NCBI GenBank assembly: GCA_966243015.1
Contig: CBIMES010000002.1
Span: forward strand, 48,518-112,517
Source: an uncultured bacterium
Lineage (GTDB): Bacteria; Patescibacteriota; Minisyncoccia; Phycocordibacterales; UBA6065
DNA: 64,000 nt
Reading direction: 5' to 3'
Shown: positions 54,907 to 64,000 of the stretch, piece after piece
Layout of the letters: every line of letters begins with the position of its first letter
Numbering within the stretch: position 1 is the first letter of the stretch
Position numbers and translations under genes: made by a program
Notes under the pieces: model-generated
Databases searched by the model: none
What the model was told of the DNA's origin: nothing
Seen by the model: only the letters and a program-made list of their open reading frames with translations

Positions 54907-54923
54907 ATGCAACATGTTTGCAA
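54907..54923. promoter_or_regulatory. Putative Fur/Zur-type operator overlapping the -35 of the fur-yibE promoter
   Basis: TTGCAAACATGTTGCAT (minus strand) within TTGCAA-N17-TAGCAT. Confidence 0.65.
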
Positions 54924-54979
54924 TGTAAAACGGACTCGCGCAAGGGCAAATCCGTTCCAGGCACATATTGATTAATTGT

Positions 54980-56707
54980 TTATGGCCGCGAAGCGACTGT
55001 CATGACCTCTTCGATGCTCGTCAGACCTTGGGCTGCGGCGAGAACACCGTCCTCTATAAGAGTGAGCATCCCCTCCTTCTTGGCGCGCTCCTCGAGAGCG
55101 TCAGCCTTGGCACCCTTCATGACGAGCTCCTTGAGCGCGGGCGACATTCTGAGGACCTCGAAGAGGCCGATGCGTCCGGCGTACCCGTCAGTGCCCGCAG
55201 CAGCCTTCGGCGTGCCGAAGAGAACCTTGTCCCAACCATCGCGAGAGCCGATGATCTTCTCCGAGCGAAGAAGTGAGAGCAGCCTGTCGAGATCGGCGAC
55301 CCGACCCAGCGCGGCAAGCTCCGCTTTGGTAAGGGGCCTGCGATTGCGAGCGTCAGCGAGCCTGCGCACGAGCCTCTGGCTCACCACCGTCGACAGCGTC
55401 GACGAAAGCATGAATGGGTCAAGCCCCGTCTCAAGCATCTGAACGACAGCGGCGGAAGCGGAGTGAGACCTCACCATAGAGAGGATGAGTCGGCCGGACA
55501 GGGCGGCATGAGCGGCGAGCGACGTAGTGTCGGCATCGCGCACCTCCCCCACCATGATCACGTCAGCGTCCTGCCTGACGGCAGAGCGAAGACCCGCGGC
55601 GAACGTGAGGCCGATATCTGGCCTAACCTGGGTCTGAGAGACGCGAGGCATCTGGTACTCAATAGGGTCCTCGACCGTCGAGACGCTCGTATCAGGAGAA
55701 TTGACAATATCAATCATCGTATACAAAGTGGTCGAAGTGCCAGAAGACGCCGGGCCAGAGACGAGAATCATGCCCGACCCCTTTTTGAGAGCACCATGCA
55801 CACGCTCGAGCGCCTCGCCACGAAGGCCCAGATGCTCGAGGGTGAATCCCGAGGCGCTCTCACGCATGAGGCGGATGACCGTCTTCTCGCCATGCGCGGT
55901 AGGAGCGATCGATACGCGCAGCGAAACCTTCTCGTGATTCATCTCAACCTTGAAGCGACCGTCCTGGGGCACATCCCTCTCCCCGACCCTCAGCTTGGCG
56001 AGCGACTTGATGCGCGCGGCAAGACCGATCTCGGTCTCTTTAGGCAAGACCATGGCATCGTGAAGCGAGCCGTTGATACGGTAGCGAACCAACAGATCCC
56101 TCTCGAGAGGCTCTATGTGTATATCGGAAGCGTTCTGAACAATCGCGTGCTTGAGAAGGGTGTCGAGAACACGGACCACCGACAAATCGTCGGCAAGCCT
56201 GAGAGAGCTAACGCCCGCCTGATTCCTGAGAATGCCCGTCTCCTTCCTTATAATGTCTCCAAACTCTGACTTGAGGCCTCTCTGATAGCGAAGAAGCGCC
56301 GATTTCATTGACTCAGCGTCCGTAAAGCGAGGCAAAACCTTGAGACCCACCTTCTTTGCCAAGAAATCAATGGACGAGAGAGCCCGAAGATCGAGCAGGG
56401 CAACCTCCAGAGCGACCTCTCCCTTCTTGTAGGCGATGACGTTGTGGTTTCGAGCAATAGGCTCAGGAATAAGAGAAAGCGTCTCAAAATCAATCTTCTT
56501 CGAAGAAAGGTCGACGAAGGGAATGCCGAGAATGTATGACTGAACGCGGCGGAAGTCATCTTCCGAAAGGTGACCCTCGCTTACGAGGACCTCACCGAGG
56601 CTCTTGCCCGTATCCTGGGCATCCCTCTGGTACTCGGAAATGTCCCTGCGGGACACGAGACCCGAGCTGATGATGAAGTCCCTGAGCTGTGCGTCGCCAA
56701 TGAGCAT
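54980..56707 (-). CDS. GspE/PilB-family protein with degenerate ATPase motifs
   Basis: ASDIHIEP, PQDGRF, VEDPIEY, RQDADVIMVGEVRD; Walker A reads GPASSGTS. Confidence 0.9.
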   Translation of the reverse strand: MLIGDAQLRDFIISSGLVSRRDISEYQRDAQDTGKSLGEVLVSEGHLSEDDFRRVQSYILGIPFVDLSSKKIDFETLSLIPEPIARNHNVIAYKKGEVALEVALLDLRALSSIDFLAKKVGLKVLPRFTDAESMKSALLRYQRGLKSEFGDIIRKETGILRNQAGVSSLRLADDLSVVRVLDTLLKHAIVQNASDIHIEPLERDLLVRYRINGSLHDAMVLPKETEIGLAARIKSLAKLRVGERDVPQDGRFKVEMNHEKVSLRVSIAPTAHGEKTVIRLMRESASGFTLEHLGLRGEALERVHGALKKGSGMILVSGPASSGTSTTLYTMIDIVNSPDTSVSTVEDPIEYQMPRVSQTQVRPDIGLTFAAGLRSAVRQDADVIMVGEVRDADTTSLAAHAALSGRLILSMVRSHSASAAVVQMLETGLDPFMLSSTLSTVVSQRLVRRLADARNRRPLTKAELAALGRVADLDRLLSLLRSEKIIGSRDGWDKVLFGTPKAAAGTDGYAGRIGLFEVLRMSPALKELVMKGAKADALEERAKKEGMLTLIEDGVLAAAQGLTSIEEVMTVASRP

Positions 56708-56854
56708 ATATAGTGTGCCGAAGCATCATTATTCTACAGCACAAAGCGCAAGCGAGGAACCTTTGACGCTGACTTTGACATATGCTAGAATTATGACATC
56801 ACTAAGTTCGCCTCCCGGCGGACTTTGTTGTTATAAGCCTGAAAAACCAAACCC

Positions 56855-58015
56855 ATGTTTGACCTTAAAGTAATACATTCGGTGCTCGGACAGCTCGAAG
56901 AGGAGCGCGGCATTCCGAAGCAGAAAATCATCGAGGCCATCGAGGCGGCACTCGCTACAGCCTACAAGAAGGAGTACGGCAAGCGCGGACAGATTGTCCG
57001 GGCGACCTTCGACCTCAATACCGGAGCAACCGAGTTCCTCCAGGTGAAAATCGCCGTCGACGACACCCTTGTCATCGACATTCCTGAGGGGGAGGAGATT
57101 CCTGAGATGTCGGCCGACGACGATCGCATGCGATTCAACCCAGAGCATCACATCTGGATTGAGGATGCGCGAAAGATCAAGAAGGACGTCCAGCTCGAGG
57201 AGGAGATGCTCTTCCCTCTCGAGCCAAAGGACGATTTCGGCCGCATCGCCGCACAGACCGCAAAGCAGGTTATCATCCAGAAGATCCGCGAAGCCGAGAA
57301 AACCTCTGTTCTCGGTGAGTACGGCAAGCGCGAGGGCGAGATTGTGTCAGGCACCGTCCAGCGTATCGAGCGAGGCACCATCTTCGTCGACATGGGACGA
57401 GCGGTGGGAATCCTGCCATTCGAGGAGCAGATCAGGAGCGAGCACTTCAAGCAGGGCGAGCGCATCCGCGCATACCTCTTCCGCGTCGAGGAATCCCCTC
57501 GAGGCGTCCTCCTCAAGCTCTCGAGGTCGCACCCTAAGTTCCTCGAGAAGCTCTTCGCTATCGAGGCTCCCGAGATTGCCAACGGCACCGTCGAGGTAAA
57601 GGCAATCGCCCGAGAGGCAGGCTCCCGCTCGAAGATTGCCGTGACCTCAAACGACGCGCATATCGACCCTATTGGCTCGCTCGTCGGACAGCGGGGAGTC
57701 CGAGTCAACACCGTCACCTCCGAGCTCGGAGGTGAGAAGGTGGACATCATCGAATGGTCATCAGACGCCAAGAAGTTCATCACCGACGCCCTCTCCCCTG
57801 CGGAGGTTTCCAATATCACCCTCGACGAGGAAACCAAGACCGCGGTAGTCGAGGTCAGCGAGGACCAGCAGTCTCTTGCCATCGGCAAGGGCGGACAGAA
57901 CGTCCGACTTGCCGCGAAGCTTGTCGGCTGGAAGATTGACATCAAGGCCGGCACCGCGCCCGCAAGCAAGAATTCCAACGAGTCCGCCGAGGAGTCGGAG
58001 GATGAGACCGCCTAA
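56855..58015 (+). CDS. nusA: Transcription factor NusA
   Basis: FGRIAAQTAKQ, AREAG.RSK, AIGKGGQNVRLA. Confidence 0.97.
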   Translation: MFDLKVIHSVLGQLEEERGIPKQKIIEAIEAALATAYKKEYGKRGQIVRATFDLNTGATEFLQVKIAVDDTLVIDIPEGEEIPEMSADDDRMRFNPEHHIWIEDARKIKKDVQLEEEMLFPLEPKDDFGRIAAQTAKQVIIQKIREAEKTSVLGEYGKREGEIVSGTVQRIERGTIFVDMGRAVGILPFEEQIRSEHFKQGERIRAYLFRVEESPRGVLLKLSRSHPKFLEKLFAIEAPEIANGTVEVKAIAREAGSRSKIAVTSNDAHIDPIGSLVGQRGVRVNTVTSELGGEKVDIIEWSSDAKKFITDALSPAEVSNITLDEETKTAVVEVSEDQQSLAIGKGGQNVRLAAKLVGWKIDIKAGTAPASKNSNESAEESEDETA

Positions 58016-58036
58016 TAACCAATAACGCACACAACC

Positions 58037-58564
58037 ATGAGCATGAATCTTCTCCACGACATCTCCCGCGGCACCGCCGACGAGATCAATGTCATCATCG
58101 AGATTCCCAAGGGCTCGAAGAACAAGTACGAAATCGACAAGAGGACCGGCATCATCGCCCTCGACCGAGTGGCGCACACCGCCCAGGACTTCCCTTTCGA
58201 CTACGGCTTCGTTCCCCAGACTCTCTGGGACGACGGCGACGCGCTCGACGTAGTGGTCCTTACGACCTACCCGCTTCACCCAGGAATCCTCGTCCGCGTG
58301 CGACCAGTGGCAATCATGAGCATGATCGACGGAGGCGACTCTGACGACAAGGTCATTGCGGTTCCTTCTGATGACCCTCGATTCGACGACATCCGCGACC
58401 TCGGCGACGTAAACAAGCACACCCTCAAGGAAATCGAGCACTTCTACGCGACCTACAAGAAGATCCAGAACAAGGTAGTGGAGGTGAAGGGCTTCAGAGG
58501 CGCACAGGAGGCCAAGGAGGCGTTCGAGAGGTCGGCCAAGCTCTACGAGGAATCAAAGAAGTAA
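58037..58564 (+). CDS. ppa: Inorganic pyrophosphatase (family I)
   Basis: EIPKGSKNKYE, YGFVPQT, DGDALD, DDK. Confidence 0.96.
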   Translation: MSMNLLHDISRGTADEINVIIEIPKGSKNKYEIDKRTGIIALDRVAHTAQDFPFDYGFVPQTLWDDGDALDVVVLTTYPLHPGILVRVRPVAIMSMIDGGDSDDKVIAVPSDDPRFDDIRDLGDVNKHTLKEIEHFYATYKKIQNKVVEVKGFRGAQEAKEAFERSAKLYEESKK

Positions 58565-58655
58565 AGGAAAGGTCAAGGGACCGAAAACAAAAAGGAGGCT
58601 TTACACAAGCCTCCTTTTTGCTATACTGGCTGACATATCAATTTAAGTTACCATA

Positions 58656-58895
58656 ATGGACCAGCAGAATCAGGCACCAGTACAGACCGCGGAGAAGAAG
58701 TCATTCGGACCCCTCATCGGCATCATTGTTATCGTTATCGCTCTCGCCGTAGGCGCATTCTACGTATGGGGCGGCAAGATCTCTTCGACCGAGGAGGCTC
58801 CTGCAAATGACTCGACCGCAACCAGCACCGCTACCACCACGGTCCAGGTTGTCGAGGTGAACGTTACGGCATCAACCGGAACCACCACCCGATAG
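58656..58895 (+). CDS. Small single-TM protein with Thr-rich tail; paralog of 59845..60126
   Basis: KSFGPLIGIIVIVIAL. Confidence 0.75.
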   Translation: MDQQNQAPVQTAEKKSFGPLIGIIVIVIALAVGAFYVWGGKISSTEEAPANDSTATSTATTTVQVVEVNVTASTGTTTR

Positions 58896-58992
58896 TCGCT
58901 CGCGCTCATCGCGCCTGAAAAAGGAACCCAAAAGGGTTCCTTTTTCGTTGTACAATACACAGGTACACATTAATCAAAGCACACGCACCAAC

Positions 58993-59817
58993 ATGAAGAA
59001 GACATTTGTCATCGCAGCAATTCTTGCCCTCGGGGCAAGCGTCGCGAGCGCGCAGGAGAACTCGGCATCGGGCCCAAGGCCCCAGCCGGCAAACGCAGGA
59101 ATAAGAGCCGACCTCAGGGCGAGCGCCACGGTCAACGGACCGGCACCGATGAAGGCTGAGGCCCGCATCATGGCAACGACAAGCAAGATGGTTCCGCGCG
59201 AGGCGATTGACGCCCGGATGTCGAACATCGAGACCCGCGTCGAGAAAGGCATGCAGAAACTCGAGGAGAAAAAGGATCGAATCGCCTCGACGACCGAGGC
59301 AAAGCTCCAAGACATGCGAGCGAAGCTCGAGACCAAGAGCGCCCAGATCGAGGGACGGGCGTCATCGACCAAGACCCGCGTAGAAGAGGCGAGGGAGAAG
59401 CTCGAGGGCCGCATCGAGAGAAGGGCATCTTCAACCGAAGCGCGACTCGAGGCCCGACAGGAGAAAATCGAGGTTCGCCTCGCTGCGTCGACGAAGAACG
59501 CGAGCGACAAAGCCGCGCAGGTGGTCGAGCGACTGACTGACATCAAGGGAAAGATAGAAGCTCGTATCGATAAAATCGAGGAGGCGGGAACGGATGTCGC
59601 GAACGCCCGCCAGGCGCTCGTGACCGCGACTGTGAAAATCGACGCCGCGGACGCTTCGGTAAAGGCACTCGCAGAGATTACCATAGACAACTCGAACCCC
59701 CAGGCGTCACTCGAAGCCTTTAAAACAGCACTCGCAACGACACACGCCACAATCCGAGACGCGCAGGCGAGTCTCAACGCCGTCGTGCAGATTCTCAAGT
59801 CGTCAGCCCAGGAATAG
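58993..59817 (+). CDS. Secreted coiled-coil protein with ASST-punctuated repeats
   Basis: Signal peptide MKKTFVIAAILALGASVASA; repeated RI(EG/ER)RASST. Confidence 0.8.
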   Translation: MKKTFVIAAILALGASVASAQENSASGPRPQPANAGIRADLRASATVNGPAPMKAEARIMATTSKMVPREAIDARMSNIETRVEKGMQKLEEKKDRIASTTEAKLQDMRAKLETKSAQIEGRASSTKTRVEEAREKLEGRIERRASSTEARLEARQEKIEVRLAASTKNASDKAAQVVERLTDIKGKIEARIDKIEEAGTDVANARQALVTATVKIDAADASVKALAEITIDNSNPQASLEAFKTALATTHATIRDAQASLNAVVQILKSSAQE

Positions 59818-59844
59818 CAACCTTACACATATAATATAGAAAAC

Positions 59845-60126
59845 ATGGACCCACTTCAGACCACCACCCCGCCGGCAAGCGAGCCAAAGTCATTCGGAGC
59901 CCTTATCGGCATCGTCGTTGTCATCGCCCTCATTGTATCTGGCGGAGTCTACTTCATTACCCAGCGCTCGACGGACAACACCGACTCAAATGCCACGTCG
60001 ACACAAGGCGAGCTTCCGCCCCTCTCCCAAGAGGACGACGTCGACTCGATCGAGAGCGACCTCAACGCCACAGTTATCTCTGACGAGGATTTCTCGTCCT
60101 TTGACTCAGAATTCAACGCGCAGTAG
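59845..60126 (+). CDS. Small single-TM protein with acidic tail
   Basis: KSFGALIGIVVVIAL; DDVDSIESDL. Confidence 0.75.
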   Translation: MDPLQTTTPPASEPKSFGALIGIVVVIALIVSGGVYFITQRSTDNTDSNATSTQGELPPLSQEDDVDSIESDLNATVISDEDFSSFDSEFNAQ

Positions 60127-60221
60127 CGAGACGCGGAAGGCGCTCGCGGGGCATATGCCCCGCGAGCGCCTTTTTATGGACAAAAGATACCTTTGAGGCT
60201 AGACTGTCGACACACAAATAT

Positions 60222-61145
60222 ATGAAACATCATTCATACAAAGCAATCATTAAAAAGCTCCCTGAAACCTCTGAGGTGGAGATCAAGAGCTCGCTCAGCG
60301 CGGACGAGTTCGACGCCGCCATCCACGAGACCCTTCTCGACTTTAAGGACGGCGTTACCATCGACGGCTTCCGCAAGGGCGCGGCGCCAGATAAAATCGT
60401 ACGCCAGAAAATCGGAGAGGCGACCCTCCTCGCCGAGGCGGCAGAACGCGCGATCGGCCACGCGTACGGACACATCCTCGAGGACGAGAAGATCGACGCC
60501 ATCGGCTCGCCGAAGGTAACCATCTCGAAGATGGCTGAGGGCAACGAGCTCGAGTTCACCATCCTCACCGCAGTGCTCCCCGTCATCGAGAAATTCGACT
60601 ACAAGAAAATCTCAAAGACCGAGAACCAGAAGAAAGTCGACGCGGTCGAGGTCACGGATGAGGAGCTCGCCAAGGAGAAAGAGAAGGAGCCCGAGGTGAC
60701 CAAGGAGGCACTCCTCAAGGCAAAGGAATACCGAGCGAAGGAGAAGAGGCGCCTCGAGCTCGTCGACGCCCTCACCAAAGAGCTCGACACTGTCATCCCG
60801 CAGGTGCTCGTCGAGTCCGAGCTCAATCAGATGATCGCCCAGATGCGCGGGGACATCGAGCGCATGGGACTCAGCTTCGCCGACTACCTCAAGCACCTCA
60901 AGAAGACCGAGGAGGGACTCAGGAGCGAGTGGCGACCAGACGCAGAGAAGCGCGTGAAGCTCGACCTCATCATCGCCCACGTCGCCGAGAAGGAGAAGCT
61001 CTCGCCGGATGCGGAGAAAGTCGAGAAGGAGGTGAAGCACGCTCAGGAGCATTACAAGGACATCGACGCTGACCGAGCGAAAAGCTACTTCTCGAACATG
61101 TTCCTCAATCAGGCAGTGTTCGAGTTCCTCGAGAGCCAAAAATAA
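60222..61145 (+). CDS. tig: Trigger factor lacking the FKBP PPIase domain
   Basis: Ribosome-binding signature IDGFRKGAAP; N domain runs directly into the C domain; 307 aa. Confidence 0.88.
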   Translation: MKHHSYKAIIKKLPETSEVEIKSSLSADEFDAAIHETLLDFKDGVTIDGFRKGAAPDKIVRQKIGEATLLAEAAERAIGHAYGHILEDEKIDAIGSPKVTISKMAEGNELEFTILTAVLPVIEKFDYKKISKTENQKKVDAVEVTDEELAKEKEKEPEVTKEALLKAKEYRAKEKRRLELVDALTKELDTVIPQVLVESELNQMIAQMRGDIERMGLSFADYLKHLKKTEEGLRSEWRPDAEKRVKLDLIIAHVAEKEKLSPDAEKVEKEVKHAQEHYKDIDADRAKSYFSNMFLNQAVFEFLESQK

Positions 61146-61246
61146 AATTCTTCTCAAGAGAACCTCACTCAAAAATAAAATCCGCATCATACGATGCGGA
61201 TTTTATTTTTCCTTCAGGTTTGCTTGAGAAATTGTTTCGAAAAAAA

Positions 61247-61945
61247 TTATCTCGCGAGCACGAGCGTCGAGACGGCGACCGCCGCAGTCTCGGCACGGAG
61301 CACAGGCGTCGGCAAAGTGACGATCGTCGCTCCCTTCCCTTCGAACTCAGCCACCTCCCTCTCTGACCAACCACCCTCGGGACCAACGCACACGACGAGA
61401 TCACCCGAGGCATTCGAAAACGCATCCTTGGTCTCAACCCCTCCCGTGTGCAGCACGATCATCTCCCTCGACTCAGCGGCGAGAAACTCGTCGAGAGACT
61501 GGGGCTCACGAATGTCGGGAAGCTCGGCGCGACCAGACTGCTCGCATGCCTCGATGACAATCCTCCGTGCGCGATCCATATTGAACCCCTTCTTCTCGCT
61601 CCTCTCGGACACGAGCGGGATGAACTCTCGGACACCCAGCTCGGTCCCCTTCTGGATTACCCACTCAACATTGTCCTTTTTGATAAGAGAGAAAGCGAGG
61701 CTTAGGTTACACGTTGAATAACGTTTCACATCTGATGTTTCGAGTACCCGAAACACAAGCTCTTTGCGGGTAAGTGAAACGGCCTCACATATATAGTCGA
61801 CGGCCCCACCGTTGAATAAAATAAATTTTATCCCGTCATGAAACCGGAAAACCGACTTCATCTGATGCAGGAGCGCATCATTTGAGAGAGTATTTATTTT
61901 ATCTTTATCTATATTTGAATCGACAAAAAATCTGTGTAACCTCAT
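61247..61945 (-). CDS. rsmE: 16S rRNA m3U1498 methyltransferase RsmE
   Basis: QKGTELGV, EACEQSGR, VGPEGGW, LRAETA. Confidence 0.93.
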   Translation of the reverse strand: MRLHRFFVDSNIDKDKINTLSNDALLHQMKSVFRFHDGIKFILFNGGAVDYICEAVSLTRKELVFRVLETSDVKRYSTCNLSLAFSLIKKDNVEWVIQKGTELGVREFIPLVSERSEKKGFNMDRARRIVIEACEQSGRAELPDIREPQSLDEFLAAESREMIVLHTGGVETKDAFSNASGDLVVCVGPEGGWSEREVAEFEGKGATIVTLPTPVLRAETAAVAVSTLVLAR

Positions 61946-62031
61946 GTGGAACAGTCTACACGGTTCAAGGCAATTTGCACTTCCCCGCCTTTTCTTATAT
62001 TGTTTCGCAGTATCACTAACAGACAAAAACC

Positions 62032-62619
62032 ATGTCCATACTCATCCCCACCGTCATCGAAAAGACAAACCTCGGCGAGCGAGCGTACGACATCTACTCG
62101 CGACTCCTCAAGGAGAACATCATCTTCATCTCGGGCCCCATCGACGACCACGTCGCCAACACCGTCATCGCGCAGCTCCTTTTCCTCCAGTCAGAGGACT
62201 CAAAGAAAGACATCTCGCTCTACGTGAACTCGCCGGGAGGATCGGTGACCGCGGGTCTCGCCATCATCGACACCATGAACCACATCAAGAACGACGTCTC
62301 GACTGTCTGCGTTGGCATGGCAGCCTCGATGGGTGCGGTCATCCTCTCCGCTGGAAAGAAGGGAAAGCGATACGCGCTCCCAAACGCGGAGGTCATGATT
62401 CACCAGCCGCTCGGAGGAGTCGAGGGTCAGGCAGCGGACATCGCAATCACCGCAAAGCACATTCTCAAGACCAGGGAGAAGCTCAACAAGATGCTTTCGG
62501 AGAACACGGGCAAGCCTCTCTCGCAAATTGAGAGGGACGTCGACCGAGACTTTTTCATGGATGCCGAGGAGGCGAAGAAGTACGGAATCATCGACAAGAT
62601 CGCGCCGAGCATGAAATAG
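62032..62619 (+). CDS. clpP: ATP-dependent Clp protease proteolytic subunit
   Basis: [28 protein letters not shown]. Confidence 0.97.
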   Translation: MSILIPTVIEKTNLGERAYDIYSRLLKENIIFISGPIDDHVANTVIAQLLFLQSEDSKKDISLYVNSPGGSVTAGLAIIDTMNHIKNDVSTVCVGMAASMGAVILSAGKKGKRYALPNAEVMIHQPLGGVEGQAADIAITAKHILKTREKLNKMLSENTGKPLSQIERDVDRDFFMDAEEAKKYGIIDKIAPSMK

Positions 62620-62831
62620 AAAAAGAAATTTCCCACCAAGAAAAACCACCGAGGCAGTCTCGGTGGTTTTTCTTGCCATTTCAAATTTTGCGTTGTAGTA
62701 TAAAATCGTTATCATTTTTACATTACGGCTCGACTGCCCAAAGCTCTCTCCCGAGGACCTCTCGGAACTTCCCTCACCCACTCCCCGCACTCAACCTCGC
62801 GCGAACTGAAAGACAGGCAAGCCACACGAAC

Positions 62832-64000
62832 ATGTCATTTAACACAATCGTGCTCATCTCACTTGCGGTGGGCATCACGATCGGATACTGGGCGAGAATT
62901 CTCGTCTCGAGTCGCAAGCGAAACTCTCTCGAGATCGAGATCAAAGAGATGGAGCTAAAGGCGCAGGAGGCCGCGAAAAAAATTCTCCTCGAGGCAGAAC
63001 AGAACGCGGCCGACACCCTCAAGGAACTGAGGCGAGAGGCAAAGGAAAAAGAGGAGAAGCTGAAGGTCGCCGAGGAGCGCGTGGTAAAGAAGGAGGACTC
63101 TCTTGAAAAGCGGGAGGCTGATCTCGATGCCGAAATCGAGAGCCTCAAGGCGAAAGCGCAGGAGGTCCGCGACATCAAGGAGCGCGCCGACAAGCTGCTC
63201 GCCGAGCGAGAGTCCCTTCTTCAGAAGACCGCTCGCCTGAGCGAGGCCGAGGCCAAGGAGCAAATCATCAGGGCAGCTGAGACTAGATACCAAGAGGACC
63301 TCGTCGCGCGCATGCAGAAGCTCGAACTCAACAACCAGGAGACGCTCGAGGGTCGAGCACGGGACATTATCACGACTGCCATTCACCGACTCGGAAACTC
63401 GGTCGCCTCCGACGTGTTCTCCACCACGATCCACCTCCCGAACGAGGAGATCAAGGGAAAGATCATTGGCAAGGAAGGCAGAAACATCAAGAGCTTCGAG
63501 CGCGTGACCGGCGTCGAAGTCATCGTCGACGACACCCCGGGCACAATTGTCCTCTCGTCATTCGACCCCGTTCGCCGACAGGTGGCACGCATGACCCTCG
63601 AGGCCCTCATGGCCGATGGTCGCATCCAGCCAGCCAAGATCGAGAAACTCTACGAGGAGGCGCAGCAGAAGATCGGAAAGATCATGAAGGAGAAGGGCGA
63701 GCAGGCCGCCTTCGAATGTGGGGTGCTCAACCTCGACCCGCGCATCATAGCTATTCTCGGCCGACTGTATTTCCGAACCTCATATGGCCAGAACGTGCTT
63801 CAGCACTCCGTGGAAATGGCACATATTGCGGGAATGATTGCCGAGGAGCTCGGCGCAAACGTGCAGGTGGCCAAGGCAGGTGCCCTCGTCCACGACATCG
63901 GCAAGGCCCTCGACCACGAAGTCCAGGGTACCCACGTCGAAATTGGCCGCAGAATTCTGCAGAAATTCGGTGCCGACGAGGCGATCATCAAGGCAATGCA
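62832..64000 (+). CDS. rny: Ribonuclease Y (3' truncated by window)
   Basis: Read manually from ATG 62832: TM, coiled coil, KH motif KGKIIGKEGRNI, HD motif RTSYGQNVLQHS...HDIGK. Confidence 0.95.
   Translation, partial: MSFNTIVLISLAVGITIGYWARILVSSRKRNSLEIEIKEMELKAQEAAKKILLEAEQNAADTLKELRREAKEKEEKLKVAEERVVKKEDSLEKREADLDAEIESLKAKAQEVRDIKERADKLLAERESLLQKTARLSEAEAKEQIIRAAETRYQEDLVARMQKLELNNQETLEGRARDIITTAIHRLGNSVASDVFSTTIHLPNEEIKGKIIGKEGRNIKSFERVTGVEVIVDDTPGTIVLSSFDPVRRQVARMTLEALMADGRIQPAKIEKLYEEAQQKIGKIMKEKGEQAAFECGVLNLDPRIIAILGRLYFRTSYGQNVLQHSVEMAHIAGMIAEELGANVQVAKAGALVHDIGKALDHEVQGTHVEIGRRILQKFGADEAIIKAM

Noticed and set aside
1-64000. CRISPR array, transposase, integrase, prophage, rRNA
   Set aside because: No regularly spaced repeats or recognisable cas, transposase, integrase, phage or rRNA sequences were seen.
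1-64000. Alternative genetic code (UGA=Gly, as in Gracilibacteria)
   Set aside because: Conserved genes are full length in code 11, and TGA terminates genes such as tpiA, adk and the NUDIX gene at expected positions.

Overview
A 64-kb, fairly GC-rich core-genome window from a Patescibacteria (CPR) bacterium, probably Parcubacteria/Paceibacteria. This is inferred from the missing rpmD (L30) in the spc cluster, a tRNA-Ile(UAU), an EF-Tu with the HIDAPG motif, dispersed type IV pilins and typical secreted proteins; the genetic code is 11. The window holds the str/S10/spc ribosomal cluster, infC-rpmI-rplT, ftsH, smpB-ssrA, a probable 6S RNA, competence genes (split comEC, PilB-like ATPase, four pilins), pgk/tpiA, nusA, ppa, tig, clpP and rny. 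The ribosomal operons are broken up by single-gene cassettes that have their own promoters and terminators and encode orphan surface proteins. Main leads: (1) EF-Tu has a PVC (Verrucomicrobia/Planctomycetes)-type switch I segment in a CPR-type backbone, and two paralogous Opitutae-style PEP-CTERM genes share a conserved leader, which together suggest host-derived DNA; (2) one inserted surface protein is a circular permutation of a domain in another; (3) a ~115-nt structured element occurs twice, with a conserved three-way-junction core, and abuts a -35 box both times; (4) boxA-like motifs sit in the cassette leaders, leaderless promoters are widespread, the PilB paralog is catalytically degenerate, and there is a small Zur-like regulon. 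No CRISPR array, transposase, integrase or rRNA gene was seen. All homology statements are made by eye; no searches were run.
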